Shown: one piece after another, positions 62,856 through 64,000 of the stretch
Position numbering within the stretch: the stretch's first letter is position 1
Layout of the letters: every line of letters begins with the position of its first letter
From: Acidobacteriota bacterium
Lineage (GTDB): Bacteria > Acidobacteriota > Vicinamibacteria > Vicinamibacterales > CAVVIG01
Assembly: GCA_046726355.1 (NCBI GenBank)
Contig: JBKPAI010000124.1
Location: forward strand, 24,468 to 88,467
DNA length: 64,000 nucleotides
Direction: 5' to 3'
Notes under the pieces: model-generated
The model's database searches: none
What the model was told of the DNA's origin: nothing
What the model saw: the letters and a program-made list of their open reading frames with translations, nothing else
Translations under genes and position numbers: made by a program

Positions 62856-63042
62856 CAGTCATCAGTCGTCAGTCGCCAGTCGTCAGTCATCAGTCGGCAG
62901 TCGGGAGCGTCGGTCGTCAGTCCTGGTCGCCAGTCGGTGAGTGACAGGCAATGACCGGCGGCAACTGACTGTGATTCGTGACTGATGACCATGACTTGCG
63001 ACTCGTGACTGTGACTGTCGACTGATGACTCGCGACTGCCGA
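62856..63042. repeat. ~190-bp heptamer-periodic imperfect palindrome (NNCAGTC units / GACTNNN units)
   Basis: Seven CAGTC at exact 7-nt spacing (62856, 63, 70, 77, 84, 91, 98) plus two more on the left. Ten GACT on the right (62965-63042). Centre is near 62950. It fills the gap between convergent nadK and the M20 gene. Confidence 0.85.
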
Positions 63043-64000
63043 CTATGGTGGCATCGTGAGCAGCGCCGCCATCGATTCGATGCCGTCCCACAAGTTCTGA
63101 ATCCGCAGGTTCTCGTTCGGGCCGTGCTGGTTGTTGTCGAAGTTCACGATCGACAGGCCGAACGTCGGCACCTTCAACACGTCCGTGAACACGTAAAAGG
63201 GCGCGCTGCCGCCGATCGTCGGCAGCCGCACAATCGGTCCGCCGGCGGCGTCGCTCAGCGCCTTTGAAATTGCCGCGGCGATCGGGAGCGTCAATGATGT
63301 CCGGCCCGCAGGATAGCCGCCGCTCCGGGTGACCTGTGCGATCCGGGATTGCGCCGCCCTCGTCTGGTCGTCGGGCTGGCGATCGACAATGAAGAAGCCC
63401 TGCTTGCGCACGTGTGCAACCAGCCGCTCGAACTGTTTCGCTGGGTCGATTGCCTTGACCAGCCGCAGATCCAGCCGTGCGCTCGCCGATGCGGGGATGA
63501 TCGTCCGTCCCTGGCCGCCGACGGCGCCGCCCGCCTCGACGGCATTGATGTTCAGCGTTGGCAGGTTGTGACGGAGCTCCAGACGATCGGCCTGGCTCTC
63601 GGGCTTCGAAAACCCGAAAGCCTTCATCAAGGTGGGTGCGACGTCCGGGATCTCGTCTATAGCCTTCCGCTCCTCGGCGGTCAGCGGTGTGACGTCGTCA
63701 TAGAAGCCGTCGACCGTGACGCGGCCGTCATCGTCCTTCATCGAGGCGAGCAGCTTCGCGAGCGCGAGCGCCGGGTTCGGCGCCCAGTTCCCGTAGTTCC
63801 CGCTGTGTACATCGCGGGCTGGACCGTAGACCGTCATGACGGCGCTCATGATGCCGCGCGCCCCGAAGAAGAGCGTGGGCCGGCCGCTCGCATGCCGCGG
63901 ACCGTCCACCATGATGAGCGCGTCCCCGCGCAGGCGCTCGCCATGATCCCGGGCCACCTGCTCGAGTGACGGCGAGCCGGCCTCCTCGTCCCCTTCGAGC
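63043..64000 (-). CDS. M20-family peptidase/dipeptidase, C-terminal part (5' end outside window)
   Basis: The frame stays open to the window edge (...LEGDEEAGSPSLEQVARDH...). ...MVDGPRHASGRPTLFFGARG..., ...VHSGNYGNWAPNP..., ...NQHGPNENLRI are typical M20 dimerisation and catalytic segments. Confidence 0.8.
   Translation of the reverse strand, partial: LEGDEEAGSPSLEQVARDHGERLRGDALIMVDGPRHASGRPTLFFGARGIMSAVMTVYGPARDVHSGNYGNWAPNPALALAKLLASMKDDDGRVTVDGFYDDVTPLTAEERKAIDEIPDVAPTLMKAFGFSKPESQADRLELRHNLPTLNINAVEAGGAVGGQGRTIIPASASARLDLRLVKAIDPAKQFERLVAHVRKQGFFIVDRQPDDQTRAAQSRIAQVTRSGGYPAGRTSLTLPIAAAISKALSDAAGGPIVRLPTIGGSAPFYVFTDVLKVPTFGLSIVNFDNNQHGPNENLRIQNLWDGIESMAALLTMPP

Noticed and set aside
62856-63042. 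Tandem short repeats here and at 17469-17700 and 23734-23950, considered as possible CRISPR arrays.
   Set aside because: The units are only 7-9 nt (33 nt in one case, x2) with no unique spacers between them. The arms are mutually complementary, and no cas genes are in the window. They are palindromic elements, not CRISPR.

Overview
A 64-kb chromosomal segment with high GC (roughly two-thirds G+C by eye). Hand-counted GC3 of convincing genes is about 80-90%. Both strands are densely coding. I recognised no rRNA, tRNA, CRISPR array, transposase, integrase or phage genes. All calls come from reading the sequence and ORF translations; no searches were run.

The gene content points to Acidobacteriota (inference): CarboxypepD_reg-type TonB receptors, a PadR plus duplicated MacB/FtsX 'ADOP' permease pair, DUF4159, and many GC-rich REP-like elements.

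Housekeeping blocks:
- a complete sufA-B-C-D-S-U-T operon (28.0-34.0 kb)
- guaB-like IMPDH
- amidase, tlyA, panE, nadK (58.6-62.9 kb)
- a GT4 glycosyltransferase plus amylo-alpha-1,6-glucosidase pair
- an OmpR/HisKA two-component system
- a PQQ dehydrogenase
- a MocR regulator divergent from a class IV aminotransferase

Most interesting loci:
1. A REP-bracketed minus-strand cluster (50.0-57.0 kb). It encodes a dehydratase-like protein, a 1186-aa tandem-ATPase 'activase'/dehydratase fusion, a hidden GTGA-coupled 57-codon ORF missing from the ORF track, and a radical SAM enzyme. It is a candidate ATP-driven radical or ether-lipid type system.
2. A translationally coupled DUF2760 - Hsp70 - long Hsp70 paralog operon (12.0-17.4 kb) with no assigned function.
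3. A cytochrome c domain fused to a PHM/DBH-like two-copper monooxygenase scaffold. It is start/stop-coupled to a secreted partner and lies downstream of an orphan FdhE-like gene (21.2-24.7 kb).
4. An untracked 47-aa SmtA/BmtA-like metallothionein ORF (9202-9345).
5. A decayed uptake locus (46.4-49.9 kb) with a frameshifted, internally deleted TonB receptor and a REP-truncated TonB remnant.
6. Two kinds of intergenic repeat. One is a GTAG(T/C)GC...GC(A/G)CTAC REP family. The other is a set of long imperfect palindromes whose arms are locus-specific 7- or 9-nt tandem units, plus a dispersed GGACGCGGAGGAC core.
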